Origin: Candidatus Binataceae bacterium
Lineage (GTDB): Bacteria; Desulfobacterota; Binatia; Binatales; Binataceae
Assembly (NCBI GenBank): GCA_036495685.1
Contig: DASXMJ010000023.1
Coordinates: forward strand, 77,020 to 141,019
Reading direction: 5' to 3'
DNA length: 64,000 bases
Numbering within the stretch: the stretch's first letter is position 1; every line of letters starts with the position of its first letter. Made by a program: the position numbers and the translations under genes. A model generated the notes under the pieces. The model made no database searches. It saw nothing but the letters and a program-made list of their open reading frames with translations, and was not told the origin of the DNA. This document shows, in pieces, positions 37,699 to 48,145 of the stretch.

Positions 37699-39186
37699 TT
37701 AGACCGGCCCGACGAAGAAATTCAGCGAGCGGTTGGCGAACGTGATGATCGGCGTCCAGTAGATACCTAGTGCGATCGTCGCGCCCGCCAGTACCCCCAT
37801 CAGGCCGTAGTTCCAGGTGTCGCCGGCAATCTTGCCCTCGTCGCCGTTGGGCAAATCCAGGAACATCGTCTTGATCGGACGCATGTAGTAGTAGAGCGAA
37901 ACCACCGAATTCATCACGCCCACGATCGCGAGCACATAGAACCCCCCGTGGATAACCGCGGCGAACAAATAGAACTTGCCGATGAACCCGATCGTGAGCG
38001 GGATACCCGTCAGCGACAGCAGGAAGATGCTCAGCGCAATCGCCGGGACCACTCCGCCCCGCCATGCGAGCCCGCGGTAGGCATCGATATCTTCGCGACC
38101 GGTACTGTTGGCGACGATCATCACCACCAGGAACGCGCCCGCATCCATTAGGTAGTAGGCGAACAGGTAGAACATCATCGCACGGATTCCGTCGTTCGAC
38201 AGCACCACGAACCCCATCAACGCGTAGCCCGCCTGCGCGATACTCGAATACGCCAACAGCCGCTTCATGTTGGTCTGCTGCAGCGCGGCGAGATTGCCCA
38301 GCGTCATCGTTATGACGCAGATGACCAGCAGCAGTTGCGGCCAATCGACACCCTTTGGCACCTGCCAGCTTCCGCTTGCGGTGAGCGAGGAGATGGCGGG
38401 AAAGAAAAACCGGGTCAGCAGCGCGAACCCCGCGGCCTTGGATCCGATCGCCAGAAAGGTGGTGATCGGAATCGGCGCGCCCGTGTACACATCGGGCGCC
38501 CACATGTGAAACGGCACCGACGCGACCTTGTAGCCCATCCCGGCCAGGATCAGGACCAGCGAAATGAACACCGTCAGCACCGGGAGCGCGCCGTGAGTGG
38601 TCAGGGCCTTGTTGATAACGGCGAAATCGAGCGAGCCACTGATACCGAAGATCCAGCTCATCCCGTAAATCATCGTGCCCGATGCGACCCCGCCGTAGAT
38701 GAGATACTTGAGCGCGGCCTCCAGCGAGCGCCGGTTGTGGCGCAGAAACCCGGTCAGGATGTACGAAGTCAAGCTCACGAACTCGAGTGAAAGATACGCC
38801 ATCAAAAGATTCGCCGACTCGGCCATCAAAAACATCGCCACCGTGCTCGCGAGCAGGATGGCGTAGTATTCGCCCTGATCGCACCCCCGCACTTCCTCGG
38901 AGCCCATCGACATCCAGACCGCAACCAGCGCGGCCAGCGCAATCAGCGCGCGAAAAAACATCGCGAAGCCGTCGAACACCAGCATCCTGTGAAACAGCCA
39001 GGCACTCGCGGTAACCGGGGTCAGCGCAATCAGCAGCAGTGCGCCGGCGGTGATGATCAGGGCCAGGTCGCCCAGGTGGGTCTTGTTTGTGACCAGCAGA
39101 TCGACGATGACCAGGAGCAGAAGGCCCCCGGTCAGCAGCAGCTCGGGCAGAAAATGAGCTAGGCTCGCGAAGTTTCCCAGGTCCAT
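37699..39186 (-). CDS. nuoN: NADH-quinone oxidoreductase subunit N
   Basis: A 495-aa polytopic antiporter-like subunit. It is the last gene of the nuo operon. Confidence 0.9.
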   Translation of the reverse strand: MDLGNFASLAHFLPELLLTGGLLLLVIVDLLVTNKTHLGDLALIITAGALLLIALTPVTASAWLFHRMLVFDGFAMFFRALIALAALVAVWMSMGSEEVRGCDQGEYYAILLASTVAMFLMAESANLLMAYLSLEFVSLTSYILTGFLRHNRRSLEAALKYLIYGGVASGTMIYGMSWIFGISGSLDFAVINKALTTHGALPVLTVFISLVLILAGMGYKVASVPFHMWAPDVYTGAPIPITTFLAIGSKAAGFALLTRFFFPAISSLTASGSWQVPKGVDWPQLLLVICVITMTLGNLAALQQTNMKRLLAYSSIAQAGYALMGFVVLSNDGIRAMMFYLFAYYLMDAGAFLVVMIVANSTGREDIDAYRGLAWRGGVVPAIALSIFLLSLTGIPLTIGFIGKFYLFAAVIHGGFYVLAIVGVMNSVVSLYYYMRPIKTMFLDLPNGDEGKIAGDTWNYGLMGVLAGATIALGIYWTPIITFANRSLNFFVGPV

Positions 39187-39198
39187 CGGCTTTTAATC

Positions 39199-40698
39199 TC
39201 AGTGCAGCAGCGCGACCGCGGGCCCCGGCGTCGAGAGCACCACCTGATTGAGGTGCACAAGCGAAGTGTTGAGCAGCCCCAGAATCGCCTGCGGGTAAAC
39301 GCCCAGGATCAGCACGATCGCCGCGAGCGGCACCAGGGTGAACGACTCGCGGAAGCTCAAGTCCAGGTAGCCTGCGTACTTCTCGTTGAACGGACCCAGA
39401 TAAATCCGCTGATAGGTCCATAGGAGATATCCCGCGGTCAAGATCGCGGTCGCCGCGCCGAACACGGTCATCAACGGATAGGTCTGCCATGCGCCGATCA
39501 GCACCAGGACTTCCGAAATGAATGCCGACATGCCCGGCAGCGCCATGCCGGCAAAGAACGCGAACCCGGTCATGCCGGCGTACAGCGGCATCTGCTGAGC
39601 GAGCCCGCCGAACCCCGCGATCTCGCGATGATGCGCGCGGTCGTAGATCACGCCGACCAGGATGAAGAGCATGGCGGTGACGGTGCCGTGATTGAACATC
39701 TGCAACACGGCGCCGTTGATTCCCGCGGCCGTGAACGACGCAACCCCCAGCATCACGTAGCCCATGTGGCTGATCGAAGAATAAGCGATCAGTTTCTTGA
39801 AATCAGTCTGCGCCATCGCGCACAAAGCGCCGTACACGATGTTGATGGTCCCGATCACCCCCAAGAACAGCCACGCTAACTGATGGGTGGCTTCGGGAAG
39901 CATCGCGAAATTGACGCGCAGGATTCCATAGGTGCCCATCTTGAGCAGCACGCCCGCCAGGATGACGGAAATCGCGGTTGGCGCTTCCACGTGCGCATCC
40001 GGCAGCCAGGTGTGAAACGGAAACGCGGGAATCTTGATCGCAAAGCCGATGAACAGCGCGATCCATACGATGCGCTGGAAGGTCGTTGAATAGTGTGATG
40101 CATTCGACGCGAGCACCGTCATGTCGAAGGTGCTCTGTGCGCCGTAGTAGTAGAGGCCGAGCATGGCCAGCAGGATCAGCACCGAGCCAAACAGCGTGTA
40201 GAGAAAGAACTTGATCGCCGCGTACTCGCGCCGCGGGCCGCCCCATATGCCGATCAGGAAGTACATCGGCAGCAGCATCACTTCCCAGAAAATGTAGAAC
40301 AGGAAGAAATCCAACGAGACAAACACGCCCATCATTCCGGCGTCGAGCATCAGCAGCAGCGCATAGTAAGCCTTCTCGGCGCGAGTGATGCTGAAGCTGG
40401 CGAACACCGAGATGAAGCAAATGAGCGCGGTCAGCAGCACCATCGAGATCGAGATGCCGTCGACGCCCATGAAGTAGGTGATGTGATAGGCCGGAATCCA
40501 CTGGTACTTTTCCGCAAACTGGATGGCGGTGGTCGTGGTGTCGAAGCTCGTGTAGAGGCCGATCGCGATCGCGAGCTGAACGGCGGTGGCCGCGGCGGCG
40601 ATCCATTTGCAGGCGTTCTGCATGGCCGCGGGCATCGCGAGACACACGACCATGCCGGCGACCGGAACGAAGGTAATAAGCGTCAGCGCGTGATCCAT
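39199..40698 (-). CDS. nuoM: NADH-quinone oxidoreductase subunit M
   Basis: A 499-aa antiporter-like subunit. Confidence 0.9.
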   Translation of the reverse strand: MDHALTLITFVPVAGMVVCLAMPAAMQNACKWIAAAATAVQLAIAIGLYTSFDTTTTAIQFAEKYQWIPAYHITYFMGVDGISISMVLLTALICFISVFASFSITRAEKAYYALLLMLDAGMMGVFVSLDFFLFYIFWEVMLLPMYFLIGIWGGPRREYAAIKFFLYTLFGSVLILLAMLGLYYYGAQSTFDMTVLASNASHYSTTFQRIVWIALFIGFAIKIPAFPFHTWLPDAHVEAPTAISVILAGVLLKMGTYGILRVNFAMLPEATHQLAWLFLGVIGTINIVYGALCAMAQTDFKKLIAYSSISHMGYVMLGVASFTAAGINGAVLQMFNHGTVTAMLFILVGVIYDRAHHREIAGFGGLAQQMPLYAGMTGFAFFAGMALPGMSAFISEVLVLIGAWQTYPLMTVFGAATAILTAGYLLWTYQRIYLGPFNEKYAGYLDLSFRESFTLVPLAAIVLILGVYPQAILGLLNTSLVHLNQVVLSTPGPAVALLH

Positions 40699-40731
40699 TT
40701 CCGATAGGTTCCCGTTCCCGTTGGCACGCGC

Positions 40732-42795
40732 TCAGACGTGCAGCACTGCGCGCACCAGTAGAATCACCATCACGGCAGCCAAAATGCCGTACAAATATCC
40801 GTTTATCGAACCGGTCTGGAGCCGGCGCAGGCGCCCGCCCAAATCCAGCGTCACCAGCGACGCGGCGTTGACCAGTCCATCCACGACGTAATTGTCAAAG
40901 AGGCCCGACAGCCACGATCCGAACACCGTGATCGATGCGGCCAGGTTCACCACCCCGTCAATGATGTGCAAATCGAACCATGCGAATCCCCGCGTAGCCC
41001 ACAGGTACGGCTGCACAAACACGAAATCGTACAGCTCGTCGACGTAGTACTTGTTCAGCACCCAATCGTAGGCGACGCCGCCGAAAGCCTGACTGAAGCG
41101 GCTCGGATCGATGGCTCCCTGTCGATACATAAAGTCGGCAGCCAACCATCCCAGCACGACCATCGTGAACGTAACGAACCCCAGGCCGGCTTCAATCGAG
41201 TGATTGTGGATTTGCGCCGCGTAAATCGCGCGCGTCGCGGTGCTGCTGAAGACTGGCTCCAGAAACACCTCGAACGGCTTGAACGTTGCGATGAAGTCCG
41301 GAATCTTTACCAGCCCGCCGACCAAGGAGAGAACCCCGAGCACGATCAGCACCAGCGCCATCGAGGGCGGGGATTCGTGCAGATGATGTTCCTGCTCGTG
41401 GGTACCGTGGAACTCGCCAAAAAACGTCATGTACACCTGGCGGAACATATAAAAGACGGTGAGCGCCGCGCCGAGCAGGAGAAAGCCCCAGACCACTGTG
41501 TGGCCGTGAGCGAAGGCCTCCCAGATGATCTCATCCTTGGACATGAAACCCGCAAACGGCGGCACCCCGGAAAGCGCCAGGGTCGCGACCAGGAAGGTGA
41601 CAAATGTGACTGGCATCTTGTGGCGCAGGCCACCCATCTTGCGCATGTCCTGCTCGCCACCCATCGCGTGGATGACCGAACCGGAGCCGAGAAATAGACA
41701 GGCCTTGAAGAACGCGTGGGTCATCAGATGGAATACACCGGCCGAGTAAGCGCCCACCCCCAACGCCGCGAACATGTAGCCAAGCTGACTGACGGTCGAG
41801 TATGCGAGCACCTTCTTGATGTCATTTTGCGCGACGCCGATAGTGGCCGCGGCGAGCGCCGTCAGCCCTCCCACCACCGCCACCACCGTCATGGTCGCCG
41901 GCGCCATGGAAAACAGGAAGTTGAGTCGCGCGACCATGTAGATGCCTGCGGTAACCATGGTCGCCGCATGAATCAGCGCGCTGACCGGGGTCGGACCCGC
42001 CATCGCATCGGGAAGCCAGACGTAGAGCGGAATTTGTGCGGACTTGCCAGTGGCCCCTGCGAACATCAGCAGGGTTACAAAGGTGACCAGGGTCATCCCG
42101 AGGTAGCCCGGCATGCCGGCCAGCAGCGGGGCGTACTGTGCGACTTCGCGCGTGACCAGGGTCGGATGTCCCACTTTCCCGAGTGCCGCGAACAGGCTGT
42201 AGAGCGCGATGACGAACGCCCAGTCGCCGACGCGGTTGACGATGAAGGCCTTGTTGCCGGCGGTGGTATTGGCGAGCACCTTGTACCAGAAGCCGATCAG
42301 CGCGAAGGAGCACAACCCGACCCCCTCCCATCCGACGAACATCAGCCACAGGTTGTCGCCAAGAACCAGCACCAGCATCGCGAAGGTAAACAGGTTAAGC
42401 CACCCGAAGAACCGCCAGTACGACTCCTCGTCGTGCATGTAGCCGATCGAGTAAATATGAATTAGTCCGCCGACTCCGGTGACAATCAGGGTCATGATCA
42501 TCGAGAGCGGGTCTAACCAGAAGGCGATCTCAAGGTTCAATCCGCCGATGTCGATCCATTTCCACAGCTCGTCGAGCATGAAGCGGTTTTCCGGTGGGAC
42601 CGCGATCATCGCTGCAAACGCTTTCACCGCGAGCGCAAACGCCACCACCACTACGCCACACCCGACCAGGCTGATGGCCCGTTTGCCGAACGTCTTCTGC
42701 AGCCAGGGTCCGGCCAGGAAGTTGAGCGCCGCGCCGAGCAACGGCAGCAGCACGATATAGCGCGCGATCGTTGTGCTTACCGGATGGTCCATCAC
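40732..42795 (-). CDS. nuoL: NADH-quinone oxidoreductase subunit L
   Basis: 687 aa with a long C-terminal amphipathic helix region, typical of NuoL. Confidence 0.9.
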   Translation of the reverse strand: MMDHPVSTTIARYIVLLPLLGAALNFLAGPWLQKTFGKRAISLVGCGVVVVAFALAVKAFAAMIAVPPENRFMLDELWKWIDIGGLNLEIAFWLDPLSMIMTLIVTGVGGLIHIYSIGYMHDEESYWRFFGWLNLFTFAMLVLVLGDNLWLMFVGWEGVGLCSFALIGFWYKVLANTTAGNKAFIVNRVGDWAFVIALYSLFAALGKVGHPTLVTREVAQYAPLLAGMPGYLGMTLVTFVTLLMFAGATGKSAQIPLYVWLPDAMAGPTPVSALIHAATMVTAGIYMVARLNFLFSMAPATMTVVAVVGGLTALAAATIGVAQNDIKKVLAYSTVSQLGYMFAALGVGAYSAGVFHLMTHAFFKACLFLGSGSVIHAMGGEQDMRKMGGLRHKMPVTFVTFLVATLALSGVPPFAGFMSKDEIIWEAFAHGHTVVWGFLLLGAALTVFYMFRQVYMTFFGEFHGTHEQEHHLHESPPSMALVLIVLGVLSLVGGLVKIPDFIATFKPFEVFLEPVFSSTATRAIYAAQIHNHSIEAGLGFVTFTMVVLGWLAADFMYRQGAIDPSRFSQAFGGVAYDWVLNKYYVDELYDFVFVQPYLWATRGFAWFDLHIIDGVVNLAASITVFGSWLSGLFDNYVVDGLVNAASLVTLDLGGRLRRLQTGSINGYLYGILAAVMVILLVRAVLHV

Positions 42796-42964
42796 CAGTT
42801 GCTCACGTCAAACGGCCATGCCGGAAGCCGGAGGTCGGAAGCTCAGCACCGCGGCACCGCAGTCCCCGCCACGACGAATCCCGCTGATATAAGCAGAAAA
42901 CTGAACTCCCGAAAAGGCGAATCGGCGCGTCGCGCAGAGCCGAAATTGTCGTTGCAACCGAGCG

Positions 42965-43279
42965 TTATCCACTGAGCGTTTCGGTCGCATCGACATCGAT
43001 AGTTTTGAAATTCTGGTAGATGGCGAGCACCACGGCCAGGCCGATGACCGCCTCTGCCGCAGCCAACATGATCACGAAGATGGCGAATATCTGACCGTCA
43101 TATTTGCCGCCACCATAGAAGGCGAAGGCCAGATAGTTGATGTTGGCCGAATTCAGAATGAGCTCGATGCCCATGAGGATTCCGATCGCGTTGCGGCGCG
43201 TGAGCACGCACACCATCCCCAGCGAGAAAATGACAAGGCTTAGCAACAGAAAGTGACCGAGCCCGATCGCGCCTGGCAT
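42965..43279 (-). CDS. nuoK: NADH-quinone oxidoreductase subunit K
   Basis: 104 aa with 3 TM segments (GILMGIELILNSANINYLAF). The start is internal to the track ORF. Confidence 0.85.
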   Translation of the reverse strand: MPGAIGLGHFLLLSLVIFSLGMVCVLTRRNAIGILMGIELILNSANINYLAFAFYGGGKYDGQIFAIFVIMLAAAEAVIGLAVVLAIYQNFKTIDVDATETLSG

Positions 43280-43302
43280 TGCGACTCTCCCGTACAGCCC
43301 CT

Positions 43303-43800
43303 CTATCCGCGCGCCTCGTGGCGCGAGATGACGATCGCCCCAATCAGGGCCGCCAGCAGCACCAGCGACGCGACCTCGAACGGCAACACGTAGTCGCCCA
43401 GGAATGCGTTGCCGATTCCGTAGGTGGTGGGCGCAGGGGTGGGCCTGGCCGCCAGGTGCCAAGGTGTCCGTTCGATCGCGTAGGCCATGACCGCGCCCGC
43501 AACCGCGACGATCGCCAGAGCCGGGACCAGTCCGACCGCGCGATTTGAGACGGTAACGTCGGCGATGCCCTGGGTCAGCATCACGGCGAAAATCGTCAGT
43601 ACCAGGATTCCTCCGACGTAAACCAGCAACTGCACCATCGCGACGAAGTCAGCAGCCAGCAGTACGTACAGACCAACTACCCCCATGAAAGCGCCGAGCA
43701 GCGCGAAGGTCGAGTAAACAATATTGCGCGAGAACGTGACCATGCAGGATGAGCCTACGGTCAGCGCTGCAAGCGCGTAAAAGACTATGGTCGCGACCAC
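43303..43800 (-). CDS. nuoJ: NADH-quinone oxidoreductase subunit J
   Basis: The hydrophobic core is conserved. A GTG start is chosen so the gene does not overlap nuoI; the start is approximate. Confidence 0.75.
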   Translation of the reverse strand: MVATIVFYALAALTVGSSCMVTFSRNIVYSTFALLGAFMGVVGLYVLLAADFVAMVQLLVYVGGILVLTIFAVMLTQGIADVTVSNRAVGLVPALAIVAVAGAVMAYAIERTPWHLAARPTPAPTTYGIGNAFLGDYVLPFEVASLVLLAALIGAIVISRHEARG

Positions 43801-43835
43801 TCTAGCAAAGCTCCTCCCGGCTTCTGCGGAAACGC

Positions 43836-44408
43836 CTAGGCCTCGCCTTCTTCTTCCACCGGCTTTTCCCCGCCAGGCTGAGCGAACTCGTTGATATAGC
43901 GCATGCCGCGATTCAGGATCGGTGCGATTCGCGGATCGGTCTCCGGGCCCTTCTTGGGCTTGTAGGCCAGCACCGGTTCCTTGACGAATCTCCGAATCAG
44001 ACTCTCCAGCGAATAGTCGGCGCCTTCGAATTCGGTCGTATGGTGGATCGATCCGGTCGGACACGGCTCACTACATAATCCGCAGTACATGCACTTGGCG
44101 ATGTCAATGTCGAACTGCGAAATTTCCATCGCGCGCGTTTTGGGGTCCTTCTCGCACGCGATGACGATGCAATCGATCGGGCAGGCACGTTCGCACGCCA
44201 GGCATCCGGTGCAGATTTCGAGATCGACTTCCAGGATGCCCCGGTAGCGGAACGGCAGCGTGTCCTGCACCCGCACCGGCGTGCGGTCCGGATATTGCAC
44301 CGTGTATGGGCGTCTCACGAAATGCGACGCGGTCACTGCCATCCCCTCGAAAATCGAGGTGACCGCGTCTTTTATGTTTTGCAGATAGGAGCCAAACGCA
44401 CCCATGGT
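43836..44408 (-). CDS. nuoI: NADH-quinone oxidoreductase subunit I (2x[4Fe-4S] ferredoxin-like)
   Basis: Two CxxCxxCxxxCP motifs (CTGCLACERACP and CMYCGLCSEPCP). Confidence 0.9.
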   Translation of the reverse strand, partial: TMGAFGSYLQNIKDAVTSIFEGMAVTASHFVRRPYTVQYPDRTPVRVQDTLPFRYRGILEVDLEICTGCLACERACPIDCIVIACEKDPKTRAMEISQFDIDIAKCMYCGLCSEPCPTGSIHHTTEFEGADYSLESLIRRFVKEPVLAYKPKKGPETDPRIAPILNRGMRYINEFAQPGGEKPVEEEGEA

Positions 44409-44415
44409 TAAATTC

Positions 44416-45606
44416 CTAAATCGTCGGATGAAAGTAGAGTTCCATCCGTGAGCGGCGCACATAGTGGGTGACCCGGCGCAGGAACATGGCCAGCACGATC
44501 AGGCCAACTGCGAACATCAGGTAGCCCATGACGGCGTTGCCGTCGGGCCAAATCGCCACCCACACCGCGGTGCCGATCAGATTCGTGAAGGCCATGGGCA
44601 CGAGATATTTCCAGCACACGGTCATGAGCTGATCGATTCGCACCCGCGGCAAAGTCCCCCGAATCCACATCGAAACGAACACCACCGCCAGCACTTTAAC
44701 GTTGAAAATGAGCAGCTCGAGCAGGTTCATCGCCAGCTGGCTGTCGCTCACGTGCGGGAACTGCCATCCCCCCAAGAACAGTGTCGTCATCAGAGCGCCG
44801 ATAAGAAACAGGTTGCCCCACTCGGCCATGAAGAAGAACGTGTAGCGCATCCCGCTGTATTCGGTGGCAAATCCCGCGACCAGCTCGCTTTCCGCTTCCG
44901 GCAGGTCGAACGGCGTACGGTTCCCTTCCGCGAGCGCGGATATGAAAAGGATATTGGCGGCGATGAAGGTGAACGGGTTGGCGAACAGGAACCAATGCTG
45001 CGGCGCCCAGCCCTGCGCGCGAATGATTCCCTGCATCGAAAGCGTCCCGGTCATCAACACCACCGGAAAAATCGACAACCCGGCGGGAATCTCATAGCTC
45101 ACGATCTGAGCCGCGGAACGAATCCCGCCGATCAGCGACCACTTGTTGTTCGATGCCCACCCGGCCATCAGCACGCCAACCACGGTCAGCGCGGTGATTG
45201 AGGTGAAGAACAGCACGCCCACGTTCAGATCGGCCAGGATCAGGCTGCTGGAAAACGGCATCACCGACCAGGGCAGAATGAAGGCGAGCATCACCAAATA
45301 GGGAGCGAGTTTGAATAGGGGCGCGTCAGCTTCTGCAGGGATCAGGTCCTCTTTGCAGATGTTCTTGAGGCCGTCGGCAAGCCACTGCAGAAAACCTTGC
45401 GGTCCTACGCGATTGGGTCCCACCCGTGACTGAATTCGCGCCCACACCCTCCGCTCCAGCCAGGTCACGATACCGGCGAAGGGCATCGCGACCAGCAGGA
45501 ACACGACCGCGCCCGCCACAAATTCCACCACCCCCGCGACCACGGCGTAGTTGGGATGAGCCCCAAACGCGCCCGATGCGATCAGACTGGCTATCAGCGT
45601 CTCCAT
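44416..45606 (-). CDS. nuoH: NADH-quinone oxidoreductase subunit H
   Basis: ERRVWARIQSRVGPNRVGPQGFLQ is a NuoH/ND1 signature; 8 TM. Confidence 0.9.
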   Translation of the reverse strand: METLIASLIASGAFGAHPNYAVVAGVVEFVAGAVVFLLVAMPFAGIVTWLERRVWARIQSRVGPNRVGPQGFLQWLADGLKNICKEDLIPAEADAPLFKLAPYLVMLAFILPWSVMPFSSSLILADLNVGVLFFTSITALTVVGVLMAGWASNNKWSLIGGIRSAAQIVSYEIPAGLSIFPVVLMTGTLSMQGIIRAQGWAPQHWFLFANPFTFIAANILFISALAEGNRTPFDLPEAESELVAGFATEYSGMRYTFFFMAEWGNLFLIGALMTTLFLGGWQFPHVSDSQLAMNLLELLIFNVKVLAVVFVSMWIRGTLPRVRIDQLMTVCWKYLVPMAFTNLIGTAVWVAIWPDGNAVMGYLMFAVGLIVLAMFLRRVTHYVRRSRMELYFHPTI

Positions 45607-45613
45607 TGCGGGC

Positions 45614-46732
45614 CTAGCGATCGATCTCCGGCGCGATGACGTCGAGGCTCGCGATGAGGGTTACCAGGTCGGCAATCATCAGGCCGCGGCTCAATTTCTG
45701 GATAATTCCCATTGCGGCGAACGACCCGGTGCGAACATGGACCCGCCATGGATAGCCGGTGCCGTCGCTCACCACGTACCATCCCATGTCGCCGCGCCCG
45801 GACTCGATCCGAACCTGGCACTCGCCCTTGGGTGGCTTAAAATTGCGGGGCACCTTGGCCAGCACCGGACCGGCGGGAATCTGGTTAAGGGCCTGGCGCA
45901 GAATCTTGGACGATTCGTGCATCTCGCGGATGCGCACCATGTAGCGATCCATCGAATCGCCTACCGTACCCCACTCTCCCGATCCGACTGGCACGTCGAA
46001 ATCGAACTCGGGGTAAACCGAGTAAGAGAGGTCCTTGCGGAGATCCCACTTGATCCCGCAGGCGCGAAGGTTCGGTCCGACCAGGTTGTAGTCAATCGCC
46101 TCTTGCGGGGTTACCACGCCCACGTTGGCAAGCCGCTCGATATAGATCTTGTTGAACGAAATCAGCGAGTTGTACTCCTCGAGGATGGGATCGAAATGCT
46201 CCAGGTACGCGAGCGCCTTCTCGCGCCATCCGGGTGGCAGGTCCCAGGCCACGCCGCCGATGCGCATGTAGTTGAAGGTCAGGCGCGCACCGCATAGCTC
46301 CTCGATCAGATCGTTGATCATCTCTCGCTCGCGGATGGCATGGGTGAAGGGGGTCATCGCGCCGATGTCCATGCCCATCGTCCCGACCGAGATGAGGTGA
46401 GAGGCGATCCGATTGAACTCGGCGGCGATCACCCGGCAGTATTCGCCCCGTTTCGGAACCTCGATCCCGGCCAGTCGCTCGCTGGCCATGCCCCAGCCCT
46501 GGTTGGTGAACATCGCGCACACGTAGTCGACCCGATCGGTGTAGGGCATGAAGCCGTGGTAACCGACCTTCTCGGCGATCTTTTCGATCGAGCGATGCAG
46601 ATAACCAACGTCGGGGACCGCTTCGCGCATCACTTCCCCATCCGCTCGCACCACGAAGCGCAGCACCCCGTGTGTAGAGGGATGCTGGGGGCCCATGTTG
46701 AGCGTCATTTCTTCAGTATGAAAGGTGCTCAT
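45614..46732 (-). CDS. nuoD: NADH-quinone oxidoreductase subunit D (49 kDa)
   Basis: [16 protein letters not shown] at the N-terminus and [31 protein letters not shown] at the C-terminus. Confidence 0.9.
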   Translation of the reverse strand: MSTFHTEEMTLNMGPQHPSTHGVLRFVVRADGEVMREAVPDVGYLHRSIEKIAEKVGYHGFMPYTDRVDYVCAMFTNQGWGMASERLAGIEVPKRGEYCRVIAAEFNRIASHLISVGTMGMDIGAMTPFTHAIREREMINDLIEELCGARLTFNYMRIGGVAWDLPPGWREKALAYLEHFDPILEEYNSLISFNKIYIERLANVGVVTPQEAIDYNLVGPNLRACGIKWDLRKDLSYSVYPEFDFDVPVGSGEWGTVGDSMDRYMVRIREMHESSKILRQALNQIPAGPVLAKVPRNFKPPKGECQVRIESGRGDMGWYVVSDGTGYPWRVHVRTGSFAAMGIIQKLSRGLMIADLVTLIASLDVIAPEIDR

Positions 46733-47238
46733 TTCCGTTTCGGATCGAGCCGAATGATGGGGCTCTCGCGGACTGTTGAGATGCCATGATATTCGAGCGG
46801 CTCGACAAAGTCCTTGCGTAATGGATGGCCTGGCCAGTCTTCCGGCATCAGGATCCGGCGCAAGTCGCTATGACCCTCAAAGCTTACCCCGAGCAGATCG
46901 AAAATCTCCCGTTCCATCCAGTTCGCCGATTTCCACACTCCCTCCAGCGTATGTACCACCGGATCTTCCCGCGGCAGCTGGACCTTGAGCACCGCTCCGT
47001 GGCGGAGCTGGTAGGAGAAAAAGTGATAGACGACCTCGATGCGATCCTTGTAATCGACGCCACTCTCGTTGGACAGACAATCCATCGCCGTCTCGGGGTC
47101 GTCGCGCAGGGCGATCGCGACTTCGACGATCGCTGCAGGATCGATCACGCAGAATGGGTCGGGCTTGCTTTCGGAAATTTCTAGAACGCGATCGCCGAAC
47201 CGTTCTTTGACCCGCTGATATATCGCAAGCGGTTCCAT
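46729..47238 (-). CDS. nuoC: NADH-quinone oxidoreductase subunit C (30 kDa)
   Basis: [27 protein letters not shown] motif. The start is set at MEPLAIYQ. It overlaps the nuoD start by 4 nt. Confidence 0.85.
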   Translation of the reverse strand: MEPLAIYQRVKERFGDRVLEISESKPDPFCVIDPAAIVEVAIALRDDPETAMDCLSNESGVDYKDRIEVVYHFFSYQLRHGAVLKVQLPREDPVVHTLEGVWKSANWMEREIFDLLGVSFEGHSDLRRILMPEDWPGHPLRKDFVEPLEYHGISTVRESPIIRLDPKRK

Positions 47239-47240
47239 CC

Positions 47241-47744
47241 TCAGGCCGCGGTCACCCGCGCCCCGTTGCCGCGGGTGAGCCAGCGCTCGGTCATCATCTT
47301 TTCCTGGAGCTTCAGCAGGCCTTCGGTGAGTGCCTCGGGACGCGGAGGGCATCCGGGCACGTAGACATCGACCGGCAGGATTTTGTCCACCCCGTCGCAC
47401 ACCGAGTAGGCAAGCTGGAAGAGCCCGCCGCAGCTCGCGCACGAACCCATCGAAATCACGTATCGAGGCTCGGGCATCTGGTCGTAGAGCAGGCGGGTTC
47501 GAAGCGCCATCTTCAGGGTCAGGGTTCCAGCCACGATCATCAGGTCAGACTGGCGCGCCGAGGCGCGCGGACTTGCGCCGAAACGATCGATATCCGCGCG
47601 TGGACCCCCCGTATGCATCAATTCAATCGCGCAACACGCCAGGCCGAACAGCATGTACCAGATGCTCGATTTGCGCATCCAGTTGAGGAGCTCATCGGTC
47701 TTGGTCGTGAGCACGTAATCGGGCAGCGTATTCAGAAGCGACAT
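47241..47744 (-). CDS. nuoB: NADH-quinone oxidoreductase subunit B (20 kDa, N2 cluster)
   Basis: GLACCAIE...[10 protein letters not shown]...GCPPRP cysteine ligands. Confidence 0.9.
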   Translation of the reverse strand: MSLLNTLPDYVLTTKTDELLNWMRKSSIWYMLFGLACCAIELMHTGGPRADIDRFGASPRASARQSDLMIVAGTLTLKMALRTRLLYDQMPEPRYVISMGSCASCGGLFQLAYSVCDGVDKILPVDVYVPGCPPRPEALTEGLLKLQEKMMTERWLTRGNGARVTAA

Positions 47745-47758
47745 AACTCTCTCACCAC

Positions 47759-48145
47759 TTACTCCGGCACTTTTTTGACCCACTCCAGGTCATGCTTGAC
47801 CCAAACGTAAATCAGCCCCACGAACAGGATCAGCAAGAAGATGAGAATTTCCGAGAGTGCGTAGAACCGCTGACCGCCACGAACCCAATCGAGATAGACT
47901 GTCGCGATCGGGTAAACAAAGGCGACTTCCACTTCGAACACCACAAAGATTAACGCTATCAGGTAGAAGCGCACGTTGAAGTTGATCCATGCCCGGCCGG
48001 TCGGCGGTTCGCCGCACTCATAGGGCATCACCTTGCGCTCGTAAGGGTTGTTTGGAGCCAGCAGCCTCTGCAGCCCGAACATCGCCGCTATTAGCCCGAT
48101 GCCGAAGATGGTCAGAGCCAGCGGCACTCCGAAGTGCAAATACAT
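47759..48145 (-). CDS. nuoA: NADH-quinone oxidoreductase subunit A
   Basis: 128 aa with 3 TM and the ND3 signature YECGEPP. It is the first gene of the operon. Confidence 0.9.
   Translation of the reverse strand: MYLHFGVPLALTIFGIGLIAAMFGLQRLLAPNNPYERKVMPYECGEPPTGRAWINFNVRFYLIALIFVVFEVEVAFVYPIATVYLDWVRGGQRFYALSEILIFLLILFVGLIYVWVKHDLEWVKKVPE

Noticed and set aside
37493-39490. 665-aa minus-strand ORF overlapping the carbonic anhydrase gene and nuoN
   Set aside because: It is Arg/Gly/Pro/Asp-rich low-complexity translation of an alternative frame of GC-rich coding DNA. It overlaps two well-supported genes and has no recognisable domain.
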